Assembly (NCBI GenBank): GCA_964016885.1
Contig: OZ024740.1
Location: 69,998,001 to 70,062,000, forward strand
DNA from: Eledone cirrhosa
Taxonomy: Eukaryota
Direction: 5' to 3'
DNA: 64,000 bases
Shown in pieces: positions 1-12,838 of this stretch (position 1 is the first letter of the stretch; every line of letters starts with the position of its first letter). The notes beneath the pieces are model-generated. The model was given only the letters and a program-made list of their open reading frames with translations, was not told the DNA's origin and did no database searches. Made by a program: the position numbers and the translations under genes.

Positions 1-49
1 ACTTTCCCCGTCCCCAAATTGCTGGTCATGTAAATCATAAACTATTATG

Positions 50-236
50 CGGTGGTTTGGCAGTATCGGTAGAGGGTCGGACAACATGCCTTCCTGCACA
101 GAGTTACACCCTTTCTGATCTGAGTTCAAATCCTGCCGAAGTTAACTTTGCTTTTCATCCTTACGGGGTCGATAAAATAAAGTACCAGTAATGCACTGAA
201 TTACTTGCTGGCCTTGTGCCAAAAGTAGAAACAATT
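50..236 (+). mobile_element. tRNA-derived SINE (family repeated in this window)
   Basis: A-box-like TGGCAGTATCGG and B-box GAGTTCAAATCC, followed by the conserved TTTCATCCTTACGGGGTCGATAAAATAAAGTACCAG and an (ATT)n tail. Same sequence at 0.6, 1.2, 33 and 57.4 kb. Confidence 0.8.
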
Positions 237-551
237 ATTATAATATTTGTTATTGAGTGTCTCAAGACGAATTACACAGCGCTTTGTAAGTTTGTTCCTT
301 TTTCAGGCTGTTATTGGTCTATCTCATTCAAATGTTGTTATTAGTTTGTAATTAAACCAGTCAGTAACTTTGTCAGCTGGCTAGTCTATTTCTACCTGTA
401 ACCCTGCTCAAATTAGGATGGCGGACAAAACATCTGCGACGGCTAAACAGCTTAACTTGCTGTACAATGAGTAGAACAGCAGGGATTCACAAGACAATAA
501 GAACAGCTGCAGCAGCAACAGCAGCAGCAACAACAACAACAACAATAATTA

Positions 552-765
552 TTTCTACTTTAGGCACAAGGCTAGCAATTTTAGAGGGACGGCAAAGTCG
601 ATTAAGTCGACCCCAATGCATTACTGGTGCTTTATTTTATCGACCCCGTAAGGATGAAAGGCAAAGCTAACCTCGGCGGGATTTGAACTCAGAACTTAAA
701 GGGCTGTAACACTATGTTGCGAAGCATGTTGTCCGACGCCCTACCATTTCTGTCAACCCACTGCC
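552..765 (-). mobile_element. tRNA-derived SINE, same family
   Basis: Reverse complement of the SINE core (ATCGACCCCGTAAGGATGAAAGGC...GGATTTGAACTCAGA). Confidence 0.8.
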
Positions 766-1145
766 CTTAACAACAACAATAATAATACCTTTAGCAACAG
801 TATCAGTAACAACACCACAACAACCAAAACCGAATTTCACGTGCAGCAGCCGCGAATGAATTTGATTTTCCACCAATGCTAATCTGAATATTGCTCTCCC
901 AGCGTAACAACAGTTGACACAGCCAAAACTAACACCCATAACACTACCATCATCACTACCTCTGCAACAACTGAAACAAAAACCAAAAGTAATACAAACA
1001 CAGACGATAGCAACAGCACAAATAACAACAACATGAACAACAATGACAACAATAAGAATAACAACAACTTAGGACGATAAAAATATGTAATAGAATTCCC
1101 GAATTTTATAATGTGTGTGCCACCACAAAATCTACTAATTAATGA

Positions 1146-1352
1146 TTTCTAGTATAGACACAGGTCATTAATTTAGGGCGAGGGGAAAGTCGATTAAATC
1201 GATCCCAGTGTATTACTGGTACTTTATTTTATCCACCCCGTAAAGATGAAAGGCAAAGTTAACCTCGGCGGGATTTGAACTCAGATTGTAAAGGGCCGTA
1301 ACTCTCTGCTACATGGTGTCTGACTCTCTAACGATATTGCCAATCCACCGCC
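1146..1352 (-). mobile_element. tRNA-derived SINE, same family
   Basis: CTGGTACTTTATTTTATCCACCCCGTAAAGATGAAAGGC...GGATTTGAACTCAGA. Confidence 0.8.
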
Positions 1353-1599
1353 CTACAAAAACTACTAATTAATAAAATGTACACAACTAACACAAATACT
1401 ACCGCCAGCAACTCAACAACAACAACAAATGTAACAGATACAAACAACAAAATTAACAGCAACACAGACAAGTATGACAACAACAGCATGAATATGTTTA
1501 GCAGTAACAACAATAACAATACTTTTGCAGCAAAAGCAACATAACTGTTCGCAATTAACCCCACACAGAAAGACACTTATTTGGCCCAAAGAGCCAAGC

Positions 1600-3110
1600 T
1601 AATCAAAATCCGAAAGATATGGGCCGATGTAGCTATCACCGCAAAGGTGTTGTTAGCAACGGAAAAGGAAAACCTCATATATAAATGTATCAGCACAGAC
1701 ACGAGGTGGACTCAAGTGGAAAGGGCACTTTAAGGCATAATGCCCGACATAGACCACATTTTAATAGCCAAATTGTATGTTAGCATTTCAATGCTCTTTG
1801 AGGGTGAAACTATAGCCGTAAAATACTCAGTGGTTCCCTGTATAAACGACAGTTATGTGCTTTTCCGTTCATATTTAGCGAAGAGAACAGTATGGCTAAT
1901 GATTTCTGAGATCACACCAGAGATGAATATCTGGTAAATGTCATCCCTGAATGTATAACGAACACGCAGAGAACACTGGTCTGGAATCAGCTTGGAATTT
2001 CTCCTCCATATAAAGCCAGAGAAAATACACAAGATCCCAAACATGATTCGCCTTCCAGGAAGAATTGATCTGCATATTGTTGAAAGCCAAATGCCCCGTT
2101 GCCTTCTACATGACGAAAGTGGCCATTTGTGAGCTTTTTGTCATCTACAGAAAACGGGTAAAAATCGAGCCCCATTTTTGGGAACTTCAGGATCCCAACA
2201 ACTGTAAAAACTACACTAGCAGTGAACAGCAACAGCAGTGACAGCAACACCAGCACATTAGCTACACCAAGAGCAGCACTAGCACTAGGAAGATGAAGAG
2301 TCCCATCAACAGCAGCAACAGAAGAATAACACCATCACACCCAGCAGCATCACCAAAAGGAGCAAATTAACCACAACCAACATATCTCAGCTGCTGTTAT
2401 CGGCTTTTCGCAGCACTCCGCATTACTCGCAGAAAGTCACGGCTGGCAGCAGATTGGGTGTATTCCCAGTTCTGTGAGTCGGAGAGTAGTAACGAGATGA
2501 GGACAGATGAGAACAAGAGGGACGTTTTAGATAATTCTTGAACGCAGTGTCTATGATTTTGGCCAAAGTGCCAGCAGCGAGGTTGGCATTTGTCGTCGAG
2601 ATACAGGTAGGAGAAGCACAGGCATGCTCAATCCCGATCAGGTCCATACACGACAACCTCTACATTCCGTTACTTCATAGAGCGGGTAGGGAGTAAAATG
2701 TGCTTTGGTGGGGCTCTGATCAGTTTATATCAATCGAAAGCTTTCATTAGGGTCGAACATTGACATATGGACGTTGTCCTCAAGGCAGCTAGCTTCGGTC
2801 CCGTCTTTAAAGCTGGATCACTGCAATGTACAGCCGCATATGTTCGGTCGTCAAAGTCTGCGATCACCTATCAGAGACGTTCCAGATCACGCGCTCGATC
2901 TTCTCCCTTCTGTACATACTGACTCTCGAGCCACTACTATGGGAGCTGGGGCTGTTGCAAAGCAAATGCTCCAACCGGCACGTGGTAGGGCTGCCCTGGC
3001 ATACGTGGACAACGTCACCATGATTGTGTAAAGCATCACGGAAATAGAGGAAGTTGGCAACATCTTAGACGAATATGAAATATTGACAGAATTTTCACTG
3101 ACCGCATTGC
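1600..3110 (+). pseudogene. Highly decayed Tx1-like LINE (ORF1 knuckle remnant plus RT fragments)
   Basis: Near 2050-2130 reads LHIVESQMPRCLLHDESGH (ORF1 knuckle-like). 2720-3030 matches the 14.3-14.6 kb RT at DNA level (ATCAATCGAAAGCTTTC; LLYILTLEPLL; AYVDNVT = YADD). Confidence 0.65.
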
Positions 3111-3379
3111 ACAACTGGTAAAGCGCTGTGAGAACCAGAATACATTCCTGATGTAAGGCGCCCTGTTTCTGTCTTCGCTTGTCCCAAGACTGCAGCTCAG
3201 TCAAGGGGACAAAGCTGTGGAATGGCGCGCCTGACCACGTCTTTCCCTTTCTTAAATATATCAGCATCATGTCTTCTCTCGTGTATTTCATGAACACCTT
3301 TCTGTTCTGCTGAACTTACGTTTCTCATATATCTTCCAGTGCACGATCTTTGAAATTTTCACCATGCCTCCATTTGCAT

Positions 3380-4290
3380 TGCTTTCGTGCTAGTGTACTT
3401 CGTGCATTTTCAAAATGGCTGAACATGTCCCTTTCCATTTTTTTTTTTTTTTTGTATAATTAGCTCTTAGTGACTACTATTGTGTTTCACATATCAGAGC
3501 GTTTGTATCGATCGTAAGGGATGATCTTCGCATCCAATCCATTGATGCTTGCTTATCTACTTTACTTTATATCTCAGTTATATAATAGGTATGCATCAAT
3601 TTACCCATCTAGGTTTTTTCTTCTATTATTCTGTTATTATACGTATTCTTTTCAAAGCAACTTTCAGTCTGTAAAGTGCTACAGTTATTTATTGCAATCA
3701 GACATGTTTCAATACAGTATCAACCTCGTTTTGGGAAACAGATTTTATAAATTATCAAACCTTTACTACCATTGGTACTGCTGAGTTAATTTCTATTATC
3801 ATTTTGTGGGAGTAGTGCAACTTTTCTTTTTCTTTTTAGTGTTTTAGTATTCATCCTCTTAATATTTTCCTTGCTCCATTTGATAGCACCAACTCTGTAC
3901 ATTATCACTCAATCGGACCCTTTTTTGTTGCCGTAATCGTGTAATTTTCATTTCAATTTGCATTTTTTTCCAACTTCAACCTTTTCAAATAGTTTTGATT
4001 ATGCTCTGTTCATTAATTTCCCTTGATCTGATAAATTTCCAATATGCTTAGATATTTCCATTCACTGTCTCCTATGTCTACCAGAGTTTCACCTAACTGA
4101 TGACACGATTACATTAGATGATAGGATTTCTCTTCGCTGTAAAAGCCGTGAACGCCACTTCCAGGTCATGAAATCCATTTCTATGTATTTGCTGAATATA
4201 TGAACTGCACGCTCTCTGCTGTACATCGATAAGCTATAATATTTTCCACAAAACGCTAAATGAAAAAATCCAAATATTAGTAATCAATGG
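3380..4290 (-). pseudogene. Possible decayed RTE-like LINE RT fragment
   Basis: Only faint minus-strand motif remnants (R-EILS, KHIG for KYLG, GHV), with many stops. Confidence 0.3.
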
Positions 4291-4336
4291 ATGTTTTGCG
4301 TCGTACTTCTTCCTACTTTTAAATCTACCACTCTCT

Positions 4337-4338
<2 letters not shown>

Positions 4339-4431
<93 letters not shown>

Positions 4432-4462
4432 ACTCACTCACTCTCCCCCTCTCTCTCTCTCT
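4339..4462. repeat. (CT)n microsatellite
   Basis: Directly visible. Similar (CT)/(GA) tracts at 16458-16535, 17489-17553 and 37021-37122. Confidence 0.95.
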
Positions 4463-5093
4463 CATCCACTCCTACCTACATATCGCTTTTCCCTCCATCA
4501 CACTTTGTCTTTACCTTCTCTCTTTCTTTTATTCTTTACTTTTAATTTCTTTTGCTGGTCACATCACCAATATCTTGAGATTAGTTCATTCAATCACTCG
4601 AAGATTTCGCATATAGTTTTCTGACAGGAATATACGAAATGACAAGATATCGTGAATAAATAACAAATAATGTTTGAATTAGTAATATATAAACATAAAG
4701 GAGTTGAAAGAATCTACTGCATCTATAGCAATAAAAGGTCAATTTCCAGACAAAGCGGTTGACATTAAATGGAAGCTATAGAATATAGGAATAACAGCTA
4801 TTTAAGAATAGAGGTTGCTTTTTTTCCATATATCCTATCTTTCTAGCTAGCTAACTACGTATATTTGTAGTATTATATGTATATATATGTGTGTGTCTGT
4901 ATATATATATATATGCTCTATTACTGGTTTAAGTCATTCAACCGCAGCCACGCTGTGGTATATCCGCCTTGAGCATATTTATGCATACATAGATACATTC
5001 ATACATATATGCATAGGTATATATATATGAGTATCTATATGTGTATGTATGTGTATGAGATGAAGTGACAAATAAGATAGGATTATATATATA

Positions 5094-5165
<72 letters not shown>

Positions 5166-5539
5166 AGGGTGTCCTGATATATAGAGTGCGTAAGAAAGAA
5201 AAGAAATCTATGGGAGGGCAAAAACGAACGGAGAACAGGAAAATAGAAAATCAAGACTACGCACAAAGAAACACACATAGTCTCTGACAAGATGGAGTAA
5301 ACAAAATAAGATCAGAACGAAGCGGAGGTACAGAAGAAAACAGTCATTGTTGGGGTCACAGAATGTGTGATGAACGAACTTTGACAATCACATGAGATTA
5401 CGAACTAATAATAAAAACAAAGTGAAAATCAGAAACTGAGTGTGTTTTTTATTGGCAACATGAACCTCTTGTAATATAATAATATTATCAAAATAAGATT
5501 TCACATCAAGTATCTAACAAAACAAATATACAGACTGCA

Positions 5540-5540
<1 letters not shown>

Positions 5541-5624
<84 letters not shown>

Positions 5625-5627
5625 GCG

Positions 5628-5697
<70 letters not shown>
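5541..5697. repeat. (CA)n microsatellite
   Basis: Directly visible. A (TG)n tract also occurs at 7086-7204. Confidence 0.95.
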
Positions 5698-5704
<7 letters not shown>

Positions 5705-5708
<4 letters not shown>

Positions 5709-5968
5709 TAATAAAAGGAATTCCAACTTTGTCTGATTTACTCGTTTTATTTACAATCCTTTAAAATTTTATAATGGTATTAGAATGAAATAGTATGGTA
5801 GAATATTAAATGTTAAGTATTAATTGAACAAGTACTTTCATGCTTTCGCAATCTTCAGGTTCATATTCTGTGGTGACAGTCAAGTTTGCAATTTTCAACT
5901 GTGAAAATTGCAAACTTGACTGTCACCACGAGTAAATCAGACAAAGTTGGAATTCCTTTTATTAATAT
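5705..5968. mobile_element. Fold-back Penelope-like 3' terminal fragment
   Basis: 5705-5744 is inverted at 5929-5968, with an internal 28-bp-stem hairpin at 5870-5929. Contains a hammerhead and is flanked by TA runs. Confidence 0.65.
5825..5863 (-). ncRNA. Minimal type I hammerhead ribozyme
   Basis: Minus strand UGAAC CUGAAGA U-UGC-GAAA-GCA-U GAAA GUAC UU GUUCA: stem I UGAAC/GUUCA, GNRA-capped stem II, palindromic GUAC in stem III. Confidence 0.75.
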
Positions 5969-6388
5969 AATTTTCTATACAGAATCATACATGCCCGTGT
6001 ATATTTATTTATATATATATCTATATATATATAATTTTATATATATATATATTTATTAAAATAACAGATTAAAGTTTAAGCAAAGAATCGCTGCTTTCAC
6101 CCTTAACAGGATCTTCTGAAACTAAAACAATCAATCTGTGAACGCAGAAGTAAATATTTCGAAAAACGTTACAACCGAAGGAAGACAGGAAGACGATACT
6201 TTGGTTCGTGGAAACGTTCTCTGGCAAAGAACGGAAAAAAAAACGTCATTATTTGGAGCGATGAAAATAATTACACGCAAAGACAAAACCACATTTAAGG
6301 TAATAATTTATCAAGTAAAAAATGGTTAAGCTTACATTTCACCGACCGGATCGTAACGGTTTTGACATATGAAAAAAATTTGCTAATT

Positions 6389-6467
<79 letters not shown>

Positions 6468-7111
6468 TGTGTGTGTATGTATGTATGAAAGTATGTAATC
6501 CATGAATGTATATATGTACATATTTATATATATCAGGTCTCTCTTCAGCGCTACTGGTAACTTGTAACCCAGTACAATCTGTTCATGATCGGGTCGTCGG
6601 CGACTAAACCGGCAACCCTGCCTTGCTTTCTTGGTGAGGAGGGTGATTTTGGACACCCCGCGGGTAAAAAGCAAAACCTTTCAAAGAGGCGAGGAACTCA
6701 AGTTAATCAACGGCCATCCAATAAAGTGTTTTTGTTTTATTTTTTTGGGGAGCGAGAGACTCCTAGTCCTCATTAAAGAATTCTCCCTAGAAGAAGGTCT
6801 CTCTGATATAAAACCGACTTTGTCTGGATCTAATGATGTAGACCAGTTCTTCTTTTGAGGAAAATACATTCGATGTTCAGAGAGTAGAATTGGCTCCGTG
6901 CAAAGTCTTTCCTCACTTAAAAAAGCTTCAAGCACAGGAATCGCTTGATATGTAGCATCTGTTGCGATGCATGTCATTGCTGGCCATATTCAAGTCTCGA
7001 GCAGGACTAAAAAGCCATGTCTGTTATTATCATGCTTAAGTATCAAGCGATGGCAGCCATCATATACATATATATATATGTATGTATGTGTGTGTGTATG
7101 TGTGTGTGTGC

Positions 7112-7205
<94 letters not shown>

Positions 7206-7479
7206 CACTCATTGTGCTTATTGTTTTATTGAATTAATATATCCAGTAATGGTGCTAGTAAATATATATACTATACCTTTATTTGTAGGAGTAACTGTTC
7301 TCGCTGTTGCTACAACTGCTGCTATTGTTAATAATATGTTAGTTGAAATAAAGGTGTCAGTAGTCTTATGAGTGCCGATTGATATAGGTGTGGGGAGTTT
7401 GGTTTGGTATGGTAATTCCATATCTTTTAACCAGTCACATATTTCTGATCTGTTTATAAATTCATTAAACACATTCAAA

Positions 7480-9700
7480 ATAATTTCATGTAGTCTCATC
7501 TGTTCCAGCTTAGTATTTTAACCAGAAATTGTTTATTTCACAAATTGCCTAGTTATTCTAATAACTAAATTTCTTGTTTTATCGGGAATTTCTTGTTAGT
7601 TATGTTACACATTGCCTGTACTATTACTATATTTCCCCCTCTCTAATCCATTGTGGTACATTATTATGCTGCTGCATATTTTCCATACATAGTTTCTCAC
7701 AATATGGCTGGATTTATGTAAATGTTGATGTATTGGCCAGTATTATGCATTTCTTTCTCTCTTTTTTATATTTTCTAATGGACGTTTCGTTAGAATTTTT
7801 TCGGCATTTATTTCAAACAAGAAAGAAGTGATTATGCCTCTCATAGCTTCTTATCCGGCATGACTTTGCTAAGGTTATTCTTTTAGACTTTCTTTTTATT
7901 TCCAAGATTTCTTCTATTTTTCTCTATTTTTATTTTGTTGTTGGTGTGTGTGTTGGTTTTCTTTTCATTTTCTTAATACTTGGTTCGTTTCCTTTTTACG
8001 TTCATTTTTCTATTTCATTGAGCAAGGCTTGATCTTTCCTCTTTTTATCAATATTGTATAATGCATTTTCTATCCACTTTTACTGTATTAGAATCGAACG
8101 GATTTTTCTTGATTTTACCATGACTACAGAGTAAATAGGGTCATTTAGCCTGTTAATGTTCAGGTTTTCTTCTGATTCTAAAGAAAGAACATTCTTGGGG
8201 TGATAGGGGACCTTGTTTCGTATTTAGCTATTATTTGTTGGAGATATTTATTTATTCCTGAGCTTGGAGAGTTGTTTCCATTGATCCATGTGTATCGATT
8301 TTTTTCTTATGGACTCTCCTCGTATTATATTTATCGTTTCTTCTGATAGATTTTTTCCTCGTTTTTGACTGTGATTAATCTCTTGTGGTGGGCGAGTGTC
8401 TATGTTTCTGTGTGGTTTTATTTTCCTTTTATTCTGTTTATTATTACGTATAGTGTCGAGAGTTTATTTTTGTTGTCGCTGGATATTTGCTTGGTTGTCT
8501 ATATAGGGAAATATTTAGTTATCAGTCTCGTTTGGGGAATTTTTTCATGTTTCACTGTGTTTGTTTGTTTATTCCGTGATGTCTTGTTCTTTAAATGTGA
8601 TAGCTTTTCTTGTGATATTTTCTTTGGTGTTCGTTATGGTTGTGTTTCTTATTTCTGTCGTGAGCACATATATATTTTGTGTGTCGACACAAACATGACC
8701 GAGTGTTTAAGAACATCGCATTTGCAACCGTGAAGCTGAGGGTGCGATCCCATGGCGTAGCATAGTTGGCAAGTCACTTCTACCATAGAAGGGAAATTTT
8801 GTTAAAACACTTCTGATGGATGTTACCTGCAATTCAAAGGCTCAACCTTGTCATACTGTGTCACGCGAATTTGTGCAGAAAATTACTTTGAGAATATATG
8901 CGTTTGTGGAATACTCAACCACATTAATTTGACGAATATAGTTCAGTTAATTGAATAACCGATAGAGAATCCATTATCACTTATATATTTTGAGTTGAGT
9001 TGATTCTGTTTTGATGTTTTCAATGGTTAAACGTGTAGTTGGTTGTATTCTTTTTATATTCAGTGTGTATTTTTGTGTGGTGTGTTGTATATCTACTTCT
9101 GGAATGTGTTTATTATTTATTATAAATCTCTGTACAATAACTAATATGTTTGTGTTTAGTTTTTATCTTCGGTTTTTCTTCTACATATCACGTGCGTCCC
9201 TTTACGATAGTAGTTGGTTTTCGGTATAATTATCGTTGTGTAGCCAGTGTGTAAAGAATGAAGGTTTTATTCTTTGATCTATCATTCCCTTATAACGTTT
9301 CTTTTATTTTCATGGACGTTAAATATAGAAAATGAAAATAAACCTTTGGAGAAGTCGCCATTTCTGAAATTTTTGCTACAAATGCTACATAGCGTGGTTG
9401 CCCTAAACTCCATCTATAACACTCATCATAAAGCCTAGGCCGGTGGATATTATTTTTAAAGGGTTTCTATTATTCGACATCGAACGTGTGCTGATGTATA
9501 GCTTTGGTTTCATTTTAGTCTGATTCACTTTACTTTATGTCTCGCTCTTACTTGTTCAATATATGTTGTTATATGTTTTGATATTATGTAAACAACAATA
9601 TGTTTTATGCATTATAAAGGGAACAATTATATCAAATAAGTATCAGCTCTACGTTAAAAGGATCCGAAAAGCACAAATATCTATTCCTTGCTTGTAAATG
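7480..9700 (-). pseudogene. Possible very decayed Penelope-like RT/EN region
   Basis: A-rich minus strand with faint motif remnants (TNYYRKGT resembling the PLE RT 'YRKPT' motif). No open frame. Confidence 0.3.
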
Positions 9701-10683
9701 TTAATCTTGTTTTCGAAGATGTTCTTCGATATATATATATATATCTTTATGTGTTTGTTGTTGTTCCATTTTAGCCTAGTTTTCATGTTCGTCATAAATG
9801 TGCACAATGAAAGACCAAACCGTTCGTAACGCAGTCCTTAAGTCTCTAAACTTTACTTACTTGGGGAGTTATGTTGAACAGGTGTCGTATGTAGAACGGA
9901 TTCGATTCTTGGCCGAGTACACAGTTCTCAGCCGCTTTTTTGTAAGGAATGGTCAAGCAGTGTATTTTATATTTTAGCTATTTGAAAAGCGGTTGATTTG
10001 TGGATAAGATTAAGGTAATTAAGGACATTACATTTTCTCTCAGTCAAATTGTCGTCAACTTTTTCTCTGCCACCTGAAGAAGACGAGGGTAGGGATTAAA
10101 ATTCCCCACACCATCCCTTCGTATATTTGTTGAGATGGATAAGAGAGGGGTTGGTGGCTTGTGTGAACTAGCGGGAATATGTAGGCCGAAGAGGATGCAT
10201 GCAGTTGGCAATTGATTTAATTTGCCCTTGGTGTTACTCCTTCTATCTAGAGAACTTAATGTCATTATATATATTTATTGTAGATTTTCACACCAGTTTT
10301 TCAGACCAACTATGTTTGACATTTGTCTCTGCAATGCCTCATCATGAAAGCTGCTTTTGGTAAAACAAAGAATGCAGATGGCTGTCAAAGTAAGGACATT
10401 TTCGTTCTTGTACAGTTTGCCTTGATCAGGGAAGACTTGTCTTCTTCTTCTTATTATTATTATTATTATTATTATTATTGAATGCCATGGTTGACAGAGG
10501 CTCGGCTCTGTAAGGTATAGTAATTTTTAACCGCTATAACAATTGTAAATTGTTTTAAACTTTAACCAAAAACACCCTCCTCCTCGTGAGAGGGGTCTTT
10601 CTGCCCTTTATTTGGCCCTTCGGGGTTAAATAACCGCTTATTGGGGTTTTGTGCCCAATATTCATTTTAAACAAAAAAAAAAC

Positions 10684-12617
10684 ATGGCTACAAAAAGGAA
10701 TTTACACAAGTCACTCCCACTCATTCCGTCTTCTTCTTCCTCAATCGTCACTACATCAGTGAGAAGATTGTCTCTCTCCCTCCCTTCTCTAAATGTGTCT
10801 CTCTCCCTCCCTTCTCTTTCGCAAGCGACGTCAGTAAAGAAAAAGAAAAATATAGTTTCTGATAGTTTCTTCGAGCACGTGCAAACCGAGGAACATTCCT
10901 CCACGACGACGACAACGCCGAATAATGTGTGCGGGAAATACGAAAACCCATTTCATTCGTCTGACGTCATGAATAATAGCAGTAGCAGCCGTAATAACAG
11001 CAGCAGCAGCAACAGTGATAAGGAAAACAATAGTAGCAGCCGCAACAGCATCAGCAGCAGCATAAACAATACCAGCAGCAGCAACAACAACAACAACCAC
11101 AGCAACAGCGGTGGCGGCAGTCGTAGTACCAGCAGCTACAACAAAAGTAACAGGAGCTCTGGCGACAACAATAACAACAACAAGAAAGAAAAACCAATCT
11201 CGTTTGCAGGTATCGCAAAGAACCTGGAAACCATCCTTATAACAAATGAGGAATTACAGGAAGCAAAGAAGATGGTGACGAAAACTGGACAACGAGCAAT
11301 CTGCAAGGCAGCCGAAACATTTTTCGAAACCCAACAGCACTGTACGGTCACGTACCGTACAGTAAGCACAAAATCCCGTAGTGTTGAAAGAGCCACAGAG
11401 GCTCAAATACAAAAAGCCTTAAGATCTGTGTGGCAGCGGAAAACGCATATCACCCGAGGCAAGAACTATGCCACCGTAGACGTGCTTTTGGCCACAGCCC
11501 AGGAAGCAAAGGCTCAATCCTTAGTGACCCTAAGGAGCCAAGAAATGGTGTCGGTGCCCTCCTACTGCGGGCAAAAATTGTGAGGGTCAAACTGACGAAC
11601 ATCTCCCCCGGGATAGCCCCTTCTTGGCTGGCCGCGTCTGTCCTCGTCGGAATCGAGGACAAAACAACTGTACTGCAAGTACAGAAAAAAGTAAGAGAAG
11701 ATTGGGTCGGCACCTCCATTGAGATATTAATACAAACCAACCAGGAGTGCATCGAAGCTATCCCGGATGTGATGGACTTCGATAATGACACTCAACTGCC
11801 CATAAGTGTTGAGGGCAAACGCCCGAAATGCTTTCGCTGTGGATCGAAGACTCACCTCGATGAGAAGACCCTGAGAAAGGAGAAAACCCCCCTCCTTCCG
11901 AAACCAGCTCCACTGCTACCAGCAACAGGACAAGCGGCAACCAGGAACGATAGGTCCGTGGCACCCATACCCACGCCACGGAAATCAAGAACAGCAGCAG
12001 CAGTGGAAGTATTAACAACAACAACAGTAATACCAACTGCAGCTGCAACAGAGACTCCACCGCAAACATCACCAACAACAACAAGTGAAAGAGTGGAGCT
12101 GGTACCCCTCCCCGACCTCACAGAATCAGATATGGAGTGTGAGGTGGGAGAGGGATGGCAAAAGGTTGCAAGAAGACACAAACGTAGAAGCAGCGCATCG
12201 TCGCCTTCGAAAAGGGAGGAAAGAAATGAAAAAAGGGTAAAGGCTACTGCAAATAGACTCACAGCAGCAACACCACCAATACCATCACCACCCACACTAG
12301 CACCACCATCACCACCGGCGACAACGCCACCGTCAACAACAACAACACATTCAACACCACCACCACAAGCACCAACATCGCAAACACAACAACAAAACAC
12401 ACACACCCAGCAACAACGACAAGAAAATAGCAGAACCACACCCCACCCCCAGAAAAACAAATGCACGGCAATAAATACACACAACAAGAAACTAATGACT
12501 TACATAATTGAACACACAGACATTTCACAGCACGACTACATAATACCAGCACCAATCAAAACACCAAACGAACATAAGACTGGTAAGAATAGCACAGAAA
12601 CAATACACAAACATTAA
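10684..12617 (+). pseudogene. LINE ORF1 (gag-like, partial zinc knuckle), frameshifted near 11575
   Basis: ORF 10651-11583 joins ORF 11430-12617. Shows an S/N-rich N-terminus, ISFAGIAK, VEGKRPKCFRCGSKTH (CX2CX4H, last Cys missing), GWQKVARR and a P/T-rich tail. Confidence 0.75.
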
Positions 12618-12838
12618 AACGAAATTCCCCAACGCAGTTGCTGATTTCAGAGACCTAGGAGGGACTCTCAACCGGAGAGTATATTCGGACATACTCATAG
12701 AAGAGCCGACGACCAGCCGAAGGGACGATCCAACGGTCACTTCACCAGACGATCAAGTGAAAAGGGATGGAGGAACCATCCTTCCTCTACGAAAAGTAAA
12801 GCAAGTGGTCTTTCCCATCATTTCCACTCCATTTCAAC

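Noticed and set aside
110-140. tRNA genes at GAGTTCAAATCC motifs
   Set aside because: No cloverleaf; these are SINE heads.
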